DNA of 60,156 nucleotides, from positions 1 to 60,156 of IMG/VR virus record IMGVR_UViG_3300010398_000003; one strand, 5' to 3'. Position numbers and translations under genes: made by a program. Within the stretch, counting starts at the first letter, position 1; each line of letters starts with the position of its first letter. Source of the stretch: a virus. Below, piece after piece: positions 33,489 through 41,334 of the stretch. The notes below the pieces were generated by a model. The model had not been told where the DNA came from. It saw nothing but the letters and a program-made list of their open reading frames with translations, and searched no databases.

Positions 33489-34120
33489 TCTCCCAGCAAC
33501 CCGGCGCGGACGGCACCTACGGCCAGCGGCTGGCCACCCGACGCAAGGCCGCCCAGGAGCGCCAGAACAAGGTGCTGGAGATGCTGGTCGCCGGCTACAC
33601 CAACATGCAGATGGCGGGCGCCCTCGGCGTCGCCTCCAGCACCATCTCCCGCGACGTGGAGGCGGTACTGGAGCGGCGTCGGGAAGAGACCAACCCGGAC
33701 CTGGTCAGGGCGCGCGAAATCCACGCCCTGCGCCTCGGCCAGCTGCTGGCCGCCTGGTGGCCCCTCGCCACCGGCACGTACGAGATCGAGAACGAGCGGA
33801 CCGGTGAGGCAGACACGTTGCCGCCGGACCCGAAGGCGGCCGAAGTCGTGCTGAAGATCCTCGACCGGATGGCGTCCGGTGGCCTGCCCCAGCCGGAGAC
33901 CAACGTGACCAATGTCGGGGTATTCGTCGGGAATGTCCTGGAGAAGGACGCGGCGGTCAGCAAGATCATGACGACCCTTGCGCAAATAGCCGACAAGCGC
34001 GACGCAATAGAGGGAGAACTCGCCAACGTCGGCACCACCGTCGGCCAGCTCACCGGTACCGAACAAGCCGACGACCGGCCACCACCCCCACCCACCCAAG
34101 GAGAGGACCAGAAAGCATGA
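33485..34120 (+). CDS. HTH protein, possible terminase small subunit
   Basis: 211 aa. VLEMLVAGYTNMQMAGALGVASSTISRDV is an HTH. It is followed by REIHALRLGQLLAAWWP and PDPKAAEVVLKILDRM helical segments, as in actinophage small terminases. It lies 7 kb from terL. Confidence 0.45.
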   Translation: MISQQPGADGTYGQRLATRRKAAQERQNKVLEMLVAGYTNMQMAGALGVASSTISRDVEAVLERRREETNPDLVRAREIHALRLGQLLAAWWPLATGTYEIENERTGEADTLPPDPKAAEVVLKILDRMASGGLPQPETNVTNVGVFVGNVLEKDAAVSKIMTTLAQIADKRDAIEGELANVGTTVGQLTGTEQADDRPPPPPTQGEDQKA

Positions 34121-34314
34121 ACGTCAGCGTCATGATCGACGGCATCATCAACCGCAACGGTGCATCCATCGCGGTCAGTGTCAGCGAGGCTGTCCGCACC
34201 GACGACGTGGTCACAACGGGCGAGATGTACGAACTGAAGGGCCGCATCTCCGACGCCATCGAGCGTCTGGGCAGCGAGATCACTCCTCTGGTAGACGAGG
34301 CGATGTCCCGGTGA
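34117..34314 (+). CDS. hypothetical small protein
   Basis: 65-aa ORF, ATGA-coupled upstream and GTGA-coupled downstream. Confidence 0.5.
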   Translation: MNVSVMIDGIINRNGASIAVSVSEAVRTDDVVTTGEMYELKGRISDAIERLGSEITPLVDEAMSR

Positions 34315-34607
34315 GCCAGGTCGACGACTTCCCGATCAAGCCGGTTGAGCACCCGATCACCGAGCCGGCCACCCCGCCCCTCCCGGTATCGTTCCCGCCG
34401 GCCGTCGTGGTCAAGGACACCGAACTGCGGCCCGGCGACCGGGTGGTGTACTGCCTGCGCCACGCGGCTCCGCTTGACCTCCTGGACACCTTGCGGGCCG
34501 AGCTGTCCCGCGCTCTGCCCGGCGTGGAGATCTTCCTGGTCGCTGGTGTCGAATCCGTCCAGGTGTACCGCAATTCGTCTGGCGCCACCGTTACGGACGA
34601 GTCGTGA
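34311..34607 (+). CDS. hypothetical protein
   Basis: 98-aa ORF with GTGA coupling at both ends. Confidence 0.5.
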   Translation: MSQVDDFPIKPVEHPITEPATPPLPVSFPPAVVVKDTELRPGDRVVYCLRHAAPLDLLDTLRAELSRALPGVEIFLVAGVESVQVYRNSSGATVTDES

Positions 34608-34792
34608 GGACCCCGGGACCCGGCGGGGTACGCAAGCACGTCCTGGCCGTCCGGCTCACCAAGGACGAATGGGCCCGGCTCCAGCGGCGTGCCCGCCGCA
34701 CCAGGCGGTCCGCCTCGGACCTGGTCAGGGACGCCCTATTCGACCGACCCGACGAGGAGCCTTACGCGGCGCTGGCCAGGGAGGCGACGTGA
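34604..34792 (+). CDS. ribbon-helix-helix (MobC/CopG-like) small protein
   Basis: HVLAVRLTKDEWARLQRRARRTRRSASDLVRDALF fits the strand-helix-helix pattern. 62 aa. Confidence 0.55.
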   Translation: MRTPGPGGVRKHVLAVRLTKDEWARLQRRARRTRRSASDLVRDALFDRPDEEPYAALAREAT

Positions 34793-35337
34793 CCCCCTGC
34801 GGAAAGCCGGTCGCGGACGAGCCGTGCGGTCTGGGCCGGGGGCACACCGCCCCGTGCATCCCCGTCAGCGAGATCGCCGCGCTGCGGGACGCCGCCATGG
34901 ACCGGGGCCGGCGCTGCAACGCCCAGCATCCCGCCAGCTCGGACCGTGGCGCCAGGATCGTGGAATGCCACCTCCAGCGGGGTCACCCTGGCGAGCACGA
35001 GGAAGCCGAGACGGGGATCACCTGGATGCCCCAGGCTCCGGTACACCATGCGCCGTACCAGTTCACGCCGATGGCCCAGGCCATGTGCTGGGACGGTACG
35101 GAAGAATCCGCCAACGAGATCCGTGGCTGGCTGTCGGACTCCCTGGTTGGCGCGTGGTCGGTGTCGCGGACCCTGGACTTGCGCTCAGACGAGGACCACT
35201 CGCCGTGGATGCAGATCCGGATCATGTGCGTGGCGGTGGACTCGCGCAAGGCGTCGGCGGTCGAGGCTCTGGTACTCCCTGGCCTCTGGGTGGTGCTCTA
35301 CCTTGGCCAGGTCTACGTCCTGCCGTCTCCGGCATAG
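34789..35337 (+). CDS. hypothetical Cys/His-rich protein
   Basis: GTG 34789 overlaps the upstream stop, in frame within ORF 34345..35337. 182 aa. Confidence 0.5.
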   Translation: MTPCGKPVADEPCGLGRGHTAPCIPVSEIAALRDAAMDRGRRCNAQHPASSDRGARIVECHLQRGHPGEHEEAETGITWMPQAPVHHAPYQFTPMAQAMCWDGTEESANEIRGWLSDSLVGAWSVSRTLDLRSDEDHSPWMQIRIMCVAVDSRKASAVEALVLPGLWVVLYLGQVYVLPSPA

Positions 35338-35490
35338 CGTCACCGAACGTGATACTTCTTCTGGCCTGGGGAAATGCTTGTTACCGACCGGTACGGGTGC
35401 CGGGATTCCCGGGCCGAGACGGCGGAGACGGTGCCAGGAGACCAACTTAACGGTTACTGAACATACCCAGAGTAGTTTTCGGGAGGACGA

Positions 35491-35985
35491 ATGACGCAGG
35501 TCTGCCGCTATTGCGAAGATCCGCTGTCCTGGTGGGCGCGGGTGCTCCGGTTCACCGCCTGCAAGGACTGCGTGTACCGGATGTCCCACGGCGAAAGCCC
35601 CGTGACCCCCGAGGGCCGGCGGCGCACGCTGGCTGCGCTCCGGCAGGCCACTCGGCGCCCTTGGTCGGGCCTCTCCGGGCAGGAGGCAGAACTGATGCGC
35701 GCCCATCCCTTTGACCGGCCGGCGCCGGAGTTCTCAGCGCTCCAGGCCGCCGCGCGGGGGCTCGGGCTGCGGTACTACGGGTCCGAGGGCACCATTCACC
35801 AGTCCGGCGAGGTCAACGTGGAGGTGTTCAACGGCGAACCGGTGGCCGTCTGGTTCCGCTGCCAGATGGTCCCGTTCGACTTCACTCCGGTCGACGAGAA
35901 GCGAGCCAACGAGATGCTGGACATGGCGATCAGCCCGCGCGATCCCCGGCTGGTCGGGCTCGTGCTGAAGGACGTCGATGGATGA
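35491..35985 (+). CDS. hypothetical protein with N-terminal zinc-ribbon-like CxxC pairs
   Basis: ATG 35491 after GGGAGGA. CRYCEDP...CKDCVY. 164 aa. It is preceded by a 153-nt, relatively AT-richer spacer. Confidence 0.6.
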   Translation: MTQVCRYCEDPLSWWARVLRFTACKDCVYRMSHGESPVTPEGRRRTLAALRQATRRPWSGLSGQEAELMRAHPFDRPAPEFSALQAAARGLGLRYYGSEGTIHQSGEVNVEVFNGEPVAVWFRCQMVPFDFTPVDEKRANEMLDMAISPRDPRLVGLVLKDVDG

Positions 35986-36232
35986 CGAATACGAGCGCCT
36001 GAAGACGGAGGCCTACAAGCTGCTCTCCGACCTAGACCGGTGCGTTCACGGCCGGCACGCTCTGGATTCCTGTTTCAACTGTCCCGGCGGCCACTCGGCA
36101 GGCAATCCGCACCTGAAGCCCGGCCAGGTGGTGGGCTACGACTACACCGGCCGGCCGTACGCGGTACCGGTCGTAGGTGAGCTGCGGCGCCGCGCGGATT
36201 GGCTAAGCACTGGAGGGGTAGTGACGAAATGA
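35978..36232 (+). CDS. hypothetical small protein
   Basis: 84-aa ORF overlapping the upstream gene by 8 nt. Contains CVHGRH...CFNCPGGH. Confidence 0.5.
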   Translation: MDDEYERLKTEAYKLLSDLDRCVHGRHALDSCFNCPGGHSAGNPHLKPGQVVGYDYTGRPYAVPVVGELRRRADWLSTGGVVTK

Positions 36233-36387
36233 TCGCCTGGATCGTGATGCTGGTGGCCGGCGTGGTGATGTTCGCTGTCGGCCTGCCCGGCCTGCTGCTG
36301 ACCCGGGAGGCCAAGATGCTGGGCCGCTGGTTCCTGGTCATCGTCGGGGGCATCCTGCTGGCCGCGCTCGCGCTTGCTATGCTGTAG
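36229..36387 (+). CDS. 52-aa membrane peptide
   Basis: ATG 36229 overlaps the upstream stop (ATGA). Two hydrophobic helices. Its TAG stop lies inside dyad element F. Confidence 0.45.
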   Translation: MIAWIVMLVAGVVMFAVGLPGLLLTREAKMLGRWFLVIVGGILLAALALAML

Positions 36388-36403
36388 ATCATAGCTCGAC
36401 AGG
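36381..36403 (+). promoter_or_regulatory. 23-bp dyad element F
   Basis: GCTGTAGATCATAGCTCGACAGG, preceded by CTAT as in elements B and C. It lies 12 nt upstream of ATG 36416 and runs into the GGAGAGGAGAGG RBS. Confidence 0.55.
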
Positions 36404-36415
36404 AGAGGAGAGGAC

Positions 36416-37081
36416 ATGAGACACAGGCCATTCGCCGAGCTGCTCGACGTGGAGGCTCGGTACCGGGCGGCGGTCTCGGAGATGCTGCTGGCGACCCACG
36501 AGCGCTACCCGCGCCGGGAACGCGTCCTGATCAATCGTTTGCACCGGGATGACGGCGGGAAGATCCAGGCCGGGATCAACCACCTGCGCCGGATCCGTTG
36601 GTCGGACGTCTGGCCGGCGCGGCACCGGACGCGCAGTCCCCGGCAGATCGCTGGGGGACGGCTGGCGCGGCGCGAGGTGCGCATGCTGCCGATGTTCAAG
36701 GACTTTGGACTGGACCGCCACGGACTGCCCTACGTGGAGAACGTAGAGGTTCGGTGGGGTACCGACATGGTAGCCGTGCACACCATCGTGAGCGGCCTCG
36801 GCCATCAGCTACACCTGGATCAGAAGTACCCGCCGAACCACGTCGCGCGGGCCCACGACATCCGTCGGGCGTTCCCGCCGGCTCCGCTGTCCGGTACCCC
36901 GGCGAAGATGCGGGCCGCGATGGCGGCCGGCGACCGAGGTATCCATGCGGCGCCGTTGACCGCCGAGGAGCGCCGCGCCAACTATGTGCAGCGCGGTGGC
37001 TGCCGTTGGCCTACGCCGCGCCAGCGGCGCCGGCTCGCGCACAAGCAGAACCTGGCCGACCTTCGGGCCACGGGTACGTGA
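36416..37081 (+). CDS. hypothetical basic protein
   Basis: 221-aa ORF, first gene after element F. Arg-rich. No motif recognised. Confidence 0.6.
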   Translation: MRHRPFAELLDVEARYRAAVSEMLLATHERYPRRERVLINRLHRDDGGKIQAGINHLRRIRWSDVWPARHRTRSPRQIAGGRLARREVRMLPMFKDFGLDRHGLPYVENVEVRWGTDMVAVHTIVSGLGHQLHLDQKYPPNHVARAHDIRRAFPPAPLSGTPAKMRAAMAAGDRGIHAAPLTAEERRANYVQRGGCRWPTPRQRRRLAHKQNLADLRATGT

Positions 37082-38499
37082 CCGAGATCGTAGTCCGGGG
37101 GCCGTCTACCCACTCGATCGAGGACCCGACTACCGGCGAGCGGTTCGACGCCTGGGCCTGGCACGCGGAAGCCCAGGTGGATGGGGTTGTGTACGGCGAA
37201 GTGTTGATCTCCGGCCCGGACCTGCCCGAGGTCGAATGGCCACGCATGCGAACAGCTGTGCGGCGCGCACTGCTTAACAAGATCAACGAGATCAGGAGGA
37301 AGCCCATGCCCGTACCGGGCAGCAGTGACCGGCGGTGGACGCAGCCCAACGCCATCGACCAGTGGACCGCGCACCACCCGCCGGCCACGCCCGCCGTCGC
37401 GCGGGTCCACGAACAGGTCCGAGTCAGCTTCCGGACCCTGATGCACCTGATGAACGACGTCCTCCCGGAAGCGCCGATGAAGACCGACGTGCTGAACGGT
37501 CTTCGGGAGGTGATGTGGGCGGCCAATGCGACGGTGGCCGTCCACGGCAACTACGACCAGTTGTGGGTCCAGCTCGCCGAGGACGGCTTCACCTGGGGTG
37601 AGACCCAGCATCCGGACGCGGCGGCCGTGGACGAGCTGGCCACCTGGCTGGCGCGGGAGTTCCCGCGTGAGACGGTCCAGGCCAACGAGGACGGCGTGGG
37701 CGCCACCGAGCTGGCCGAACGGCTGCTGGGCGCGGCCAAGACCAATCTCGCCACGATCAACAACCAGCTGGCGGCCGACAACCGCTCCATTTCCGCCTAC
37801 CAGCAGTTGCTCAACCAGCTGGGCGAGTTCCTGGCCACGCACTACCAGATCACGATCCTGCGCCTGGAAGACCCGATCAAGGAGGCCATCCGGCTCCTGT
37901 CCGTCGCCGACTCGCCGGCCCACCGTGCGGCCCACGACTCGGAGGGCCTGGCTCGCCAGTTCCACGAGACGTACGAGCGGCTGGCGCCGGAGTACGGGTA
38001 CGAGACCCGGCGCGAGTCTGCGGTGCCGTGGGACCAGGTGCCGGAGCAGAACCGGCATTTGATGATCGCAGTGGCCCGCGAGATCCTGACTGGTCCGGTG
38101 CTGGAGATGGTGGCCGGCACGTTCAGTCCCGGGACGCCCGACTGGTTGAGGGGGATCACCGACGAGCAGCTGGCGGCGGAGCTGCTCCGGCGCTCCCGGG
38201 CGGATCGTGTCACCCTCTACGCGAACACGGCGGCCGGTCGGTCGCTGGCCGTCCAGGACGACAACGTGGACGGTACGGGCGTGCCGATGCGACAGGTCTA
38301 CACGCTCACGGGGCCTGCCGGATGGAAGCCTGGCATGCCGCCGCTGTTCGAGCTGGACCAGTCCGTGGATATCCCGGTGCGGCCCGGCCCCGACGAGGAG
38401 CGCGCGGCCGGTCTCATCTCCAACGACGAGTACGAGGCGATTAAGGCGCGGGCCGAGCGGGAGTCGCGCCTCGGCAAGCTCGCGGATCCGGAGTACTGA
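37078..38499 (+). CDS. large hypothetical protein with RyR-like repeat
   Basis: GTG 37078 overlaps the upstream stop, in frame within ORF 36598..38499. 473 aa. LARQFHETYERLAPEYGYETRRESAVPWDQVPEQNRHLMIAVAREIL resembles the phage RyR-domain consensus. Confidence 0.55.
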   Translation: MTEIVVRGPSTHSIEDPTTGERFDAWAWHAEAQVDGVVYGEVLISGPDLPEVEWPRMRTAVRRALLNKINEIRRKPMPVPGSSDRRWTQPNAIDQWTAHHPPATPAVARVHEQVRVSFRTLMHLMNDVLPEAPMKTDVLNGLREVMWAANATVAVHGNYDQLWVQLAEDGFTWGETQHPDAAAVDELATWLAREFPRETVQANEDGVGATELAERLLGAAKTNLATINNQLAADNRSISAYQQLLNQLGEFLATHYQITILRLEDPIKEAIRLLSVADSPAHRAAHDSEGLARQFHETYERLAPEYGYETRRESAVPWDQVPEQNRHLMIAVAREILTGPVLEMVAGTFSPGTPDWLRGITDEQLAAELLRRSRADRVTLYANTAAGRSLAVQDDNVDGTGVPMRQVYTLTGPAGWKPGMPPLFELDQSVDIPVRPGPDEERAAGLISNDEYEAIKARAERESRLGKLADPEY

Positions 38500-38834
38500 T
38501 GGGCCAGCCGAACGGACAGCCGGCGCAGCCCGGCGTACAGCAGCTCTCCGTCCAGGGAGCGGTCATCCAGGGCAACGTGATCCTGATGCTCGGTGTCGGG
38601 ATGGCCCTGTTCCAGGTGGGCCTCGGTACCGATCCGGACCAGGCCGACCGGGTGGCCGACTTCATCGCTGGCAAGATCAGGGAGGGGGCGGCCGAGTTGC
38701 GCCGGCAGAAGTCTGGCATCCAGCTCCCCGGCATGCCCGGCTTCCCCCTCGGCCAGTTCCCCGGCGCTGAGCGGCTGCCGGAGATGGGTGCGCCTGGCGA
38801 GCCGCCACCCGGTCACCCCGACCGGATGGGATGA
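38499..38834 (+). CDS. hypothetical protein
   Basis: 111-aa ORF. ATG overlaps the upstream stop (TGATG). It has a Gly/Pro-rich tail and one hydrophobic segment. Confidence 0.5.
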   Translation: MGQPNGQPAQPGVQQLSVQGAVIQGNVILMLGVGMALFQVGLGTDPDQADRVADFIAGKIREGAAELRRQKSGIQLPGMPGFPLGQFPGAERLPEMGAPGEPPPGHPDRMG

Positions 38835-38846
38835 GAGGAGATCCAG

Positions 38847-39128
38847 ATGGAAGAGGACGAGAGCATGGACTTCAGCGAGGCGCTGCGGCTCATGACCCGC
38901 GAGCACAAGATGCTGACCCGCGCCGGCTGGAACGCGTCAGGCCAGTGGGTGGGTATGGCGCAGAGCATATCGGCTACCTTCGGCTACCGCGCGGCCGGTC
39001 CGGATGGCGAGGGCCGCTTCGAGACCGAGCCGTTCTTGATCCTGAAGAACGCCCAGGAGCAGATGGTGGCCTGGGTGCCGTCAACGGGCGACCTGTTCGC
39101 CGAGGACTGGCAGCTCTACACGGTGTAG
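38847..39128 (+). CDS. DUF2829 protein (Tad2-like)
   Basis: MDFSEALRLM..KMLTRAGWNASGQW...EPFLILKNAQEQMVAWVPSTGDLFAEDWQLY matches the DUF2829 pattern M.F.eAl..gkk..R.gW......W.ps..DllAeDW. The start is ATG 38847 or ATG 38865. Confidence 0.75.
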   Translation: MEEDESMDFSEALRLMTREHKMLTRAGWNASGQWVGMAQSISATFGYRAAGPDGEGRFETEPFLILKNAQEQMVAWVPSTGDLFAEDWQLYTV

Positions 39129-39147
39129 CGCAACCGTTGATCAACAA

Positions 39148-39189
39148 CCGAGGCCCGGTCCCCCTCCTGCCGTGGGGACCGGGCCTCGG
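39148..39189. terminator. bidirectional terminator hairpin
   Basis: CCGAGGCCCGGTCCCC (39148-39163) pairs perfectly with GGGGACCGGGCCTCGG (39174-39189) around a 10-nt loop. It is flanked by TGTGGTT on the plus strand and TTGTTGAT on the minus strand, between convergent genes. Confidence 0.75.
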
Positions 39190-39212
39190 TGTGGTTAGGA
39201 GCCCGTCGTACG

Positions 39213-39235
39213 ACTGTCGTGTGCCGGCCTACAGC
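39213..39235 (-). promoter_or_regulatory. orphan 23-bp dyad element K
   Basis: The minus strand reads GCTGTAGGCCGGCACACGACAGT. Its TAG is the stop codon of 39229..39735. It points at the terminator with no downstream gene. Confidence 0.4.
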
Positions 39236-39735
39236 AACTCCTCCGGCCGGCGCGGACTGAGCGCCTCGTCGGTGGTCAGGGGCTCCATGGGGCGCCCGGT
39301 CCAGCGGTCGCGCCTCAGCTCGTCAACCCGATCGGCTATCCAGCCCCGTGCGGTCTCCTGGTGCGCCTCGTTGGCGGCCGTGTACGCCTGGTCATGCCGT
39401 ATGTCCTTCACCCGGAGACAGGTCGGACAGACCTCCACGGTCATCCGTGTGGGGCCCTCGGCGACGTGGCGCAGGTGGGCCGCGTGCTCCGGCGAGCGTG
39501 CGTATTCCTCGACGGCACGCGCCTGGATCTGGTTCTCCACCTCTATCAGCCGCTCCAGCTTGGCAGCCAGCTCGGCGGCGAAGACCCGGTGGTCGTCGAT
39601 CCCCAGCGTGAATGAGCCGTTAAGGTTGCGCGCTCCGGCGGTCACGCCGTGCGTGCACCCCTCCTCGTCGCAGTCCCGCGAGGCGGTGGCCATCCGCTCG
39701 ACCGCCTCGCGGATCAGCTCCTCCAAGTGGTTCAC
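39229..39735 (-). CDS. hypothetical protein
   Basis: GTG 39735 overlaps the upstream stop (GTGA), in frame within ORF 39229..40089. 168 aa. Contains CDEEGCTHG...CPTC. Confidence 0.6.
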   Translation of the reverse strand: MNHLEELIREAVERMATASRDCDEEGCTHGVTAGARNLNGSFTLGIDDHRVFAAELAAKLERLIEVENQIQARAVEEYARSPEHAAHLRHVAEGPTRMTVEVCPTCLRVKDIRHDQAYTAANEAHQETARGWIADRVDELRRDRWTGRPMEPLTTDEALSPRRPEELL

Positions 39736-40031
39736 GCGGCTACCTTGGGCCGGGGCTCGATCTTCACGAGGGTGTTGTGATCGGTGTACTGGTAGACGCC
39801 GGCCGGCTTGCCCGAGTCCACGTGGATGACCTCGGCGTACAGGATGTGTGGCGGCTCGCTCGGGCCGGAGTAGGTGGCGTCCGGCTGGGTGGTCTTGAGG
39901 GTGACGCGGTACCGACCGACCGACTTGACCAGCGTCGGGTCCGTGTCCACGTGGAAGGGCAGGATGACGTCCCCCTCCCGCAAGTCCCGGGCGTGGACGG
40001 TCTCGTACTGGATGGGCGTGGGCTGGGACAT
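39732..40031 (-). CDS. hypothetical protein
   Basis: ATG 40031 after AGGAGGAGAG (minus strand), in frame within ORF 39732..40064. 99 aa, beta-type. Confidence 0.6.
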   Translation of the reverse strand: MSQPTPIQYETVHARDLREGDVILPFHVDTDPTLVKSVGRYRVTLKTTQPDATYSGPSEPPHILYAEVIHVDSGKPAGVYQYTDHNTLVKIEPRPKVAA

Positions 40032-40072
40032 GGGCTCTCCTCCTGGGGTTTGCCTTGCGGGCATCCGCTACC

Positions 40073-40099
40073 CTACAGTGTAGACGCACATCCTACAGG
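40073..40099. promoter_or_regulatory. divergent control region I with dyad element
   Basis: Core palindrome CTACA-G-TGTAG at 40073-40083. The rightward element AGTGTAGACGCACATCCTACAGG at 40077-40099 lies 14 nt upstream of ATG 40114. A leftward half-site faces ATG 40031. Confidence 0.5.
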
Positions 40100-40113
40100 A
40101 AGAGGTGGGGAGC

Positions 40114-40392
40114 ATGCAGCCCGTACGGCGGCACGTACCGCTGGGTTGCGCCATCCCGCTGGCCATCATCGGAGCACCCATCATCGGCGGCCTGCTCATC
40201 ATCGCCGCCGTCCTCGACCTGATCCGGTGGACCAACCGGGCCCACCAGGCGATCAAGCGGCGCAAAGCATGGAGAAAGGAGGTGGCGTACCGGTGGGAAG
40301 GCCCACGGCACGCCAGTACGGCGCGGCCCGCAGCACCTGGACCGCGCTCGGGAGCGAGACGCCCGTCCAGGAGCGTCTCGACAAGGCCGTAG
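40114..40392 (+). CDS. membrane protein with basic tail
   Basis: ATG 40114 after GGAAGAGGTGGGG. TM helix PLAIIGAPIIGGLLIIAAVL. The C-terminal third is Arg/Pro/Ser-rich and overlaps the next gene, so the true end is uncertain. Confidence 0.45.
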   Translation: MQPVRRHVPLGCAIPLAIIGAPIIGGLLIIAAVLDLIRWTNRAHQAIKRRKAWRKEVAYRWEGPRHASTARPAAPGPRSGARRPSRSVSTRP

Positions 40393-40502
40393 AGGCGGCC
40401 ATCGCCCAGAGGTCTGACGACGCGATCGGCTGGCCCGGCGTCGTGCTGGTGCTCGGCATCGTGGCGGCCATGGTGCTGATCGTCTGGCTGGCGGTCCGGT
40501 GA
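40269..40502 (+). CDS. small membrane protein
   Basis: Frame of ORF 39777..40502. The start is ATG 40269, or GTG 40293 lying 10 nt after AAAGGAGG. C-terminal TM helix GVVLVLGIVAAMVLIVWLAV. Confidence 0.45.
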   Translation: MEKGGGVPVGRPTARQYGAARSTWTALGSETPVQERLDKAVEAAIAQRSDDAIGWPGVVLVLGIVAAMVLIVWLAVR

Positions 40503-40699
40503 AGGTCAACGCGAGCCAGGCGGATGGCCTGGGTGACTTCCTGGACCGGCTCACCTCGCTGTGCCAGGAGACCTGCTGGTTCCCCGTGTCCGGCACCCAG
40601 ATCTTCGCCGGCACGCCGGACGGGGTCGACCCGGAAGAGGGATACCTACGCCTGGCCTACGATCAGGAGGGCCGGAGGTTCCAGGTGGAGATGGAGTGA
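40499..40699 (+). CDS. hypothetical small protein
   Basis: 66-aa ORF. GTG overlaps the upstream stop (GTGA). Confidence 0.5.
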   Translation: MKVNASQADGLGDFLDRLTSLCQETCWFPVSGTQIFAGTPDGVDPEEGYLRLAYDQEGRRFQVEME

Positions 40700-40800
40700 G
40701 TGACCAGACCAAGGAATGGATCTCGGTAGTCGTCGGAGTCATCGTGGCGTTGGGCATCCTGGCGTTCGTCGCCTGGGTACCGGTGGGAGGGCACCAGTGA
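40696..40800 (+). CDS. 34-aa membrane peptide
   Basis: GTG 40696 overlaps the upstream stop (GTGA). Sequence: VSDQTKEWISVVVGVIVALGILAFVAWVPVGGHQ. Below the ORF-track size cut-off. Confidence 0.4.
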   Translation: MSDQTKEWISVVVGVIVALGILAFVAWVPVGGHQ

Positions 40801-40895
40801 GGGACATGTGCTGGAACTGCGCGGCCGGGCAGCACTGCGGGAACTGTGCGTGCTGCAAGCCGAAGAAGTACACGGCCGTTGGGTCGTCGAAGTGA
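40797..40895 (+). CDS. 32-aa Cys-rich peptide
   Basis: GTG 40797 overlaps the upstream stop. An in-frame ATG is at 40806. Sequence: (VRD)MCWNCAAGQHCGNCACCKPKKYTAVGSSK. Confidence 0.35.
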   Translation: MRDMCWNCAAGQHCGNCACCKPKKYTAVGSSK

Positions 40896-40984
40896 ATCTT
40901 GACCGAGGAGTGATCCTGGTGCTGGCCTGCGTGGTGCTGATCGGGCTGGCTGGTCTCACGGTGGTACTGGCTAGCATCCTGTAG
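40892..40984 (+). CDS. 30-aa hydrophobic peptide
   Basis: GTG 40892 overlaps the upstream stop. Sequence: VNLDRGVILVLACVVLIGLAGLTVVLASIL. Its TAG stop lies inside dyad element G. Confidence 0.35.
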   Translation: MNLDRGVILVLACVVLIGLAGLTVVLASIL

Positions 40985-41000
40985 AGGGTGCCTTGACAGG
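40978..41000 (+). promoter_or_regulatory. 23-bp dyad element G
   Basis: CCTGTAGAGGGTGCCTTGACAGG, 73 nt upstream of ATG 41074 and about 335 nt upstream of terL. Confidence 0.5.
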
Positions 41001-41073
41001 AGCGCCAAGATCGAGCTACCGTTGACTCCAGCTGAATGTCTGCCCGCGAAGCAGGCCATGACTGGGGGTCACG

Positions 41074-41256
41074 ATGAGCACGTTCCTGCACGCCTACCGC
41101 GTCGACTGGCGGATCCGACTCGCCGTCGCGCTCGTCCTGTTCGCGCTCGTCCTGATCGCTAGCACGGCCGCCGGACACCGGTACTACACCACGCTACCGT
41201 TCCTGCTGACCCTGCCATCCCGCAAGGAGATCGCCCGCCGGACGGCGGTACGCTAA
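41074..41256 (+). CDS. small membrane protein
   Basis: 60-aa ORF with TM helix LAVALVLFALVLIASTAA. First ORF after element G. Confidence 0.45.
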   Translation: MSTFLHAYRVDWRIRLAVALVLFALVLIASTAAGHRYYTTLPFLLTLPSRKEIARRTAVR

Positions 41257-41276
41257 CCGGGCGTCTGTGGAAGTCC

Positions 41277-41313
41277 CGAAGCCCCGACCCGTCTCTACCG
41301 GGCCGGGGCTTCG
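41277..41313 (+). other. imperfect long hairpin immediately upstream of terL
   Basis: CGAAGCCCCG (41277-41286) pairs with CGGGGCTTCG (41304-41313). There is an inner 4-bp helix in the 17-nt loop. It ends 21 nt before ATG 41335. Confidence 0.45.
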
Positions 41314-41334
41314 CCGTGATCTACCCTTGCCGCC

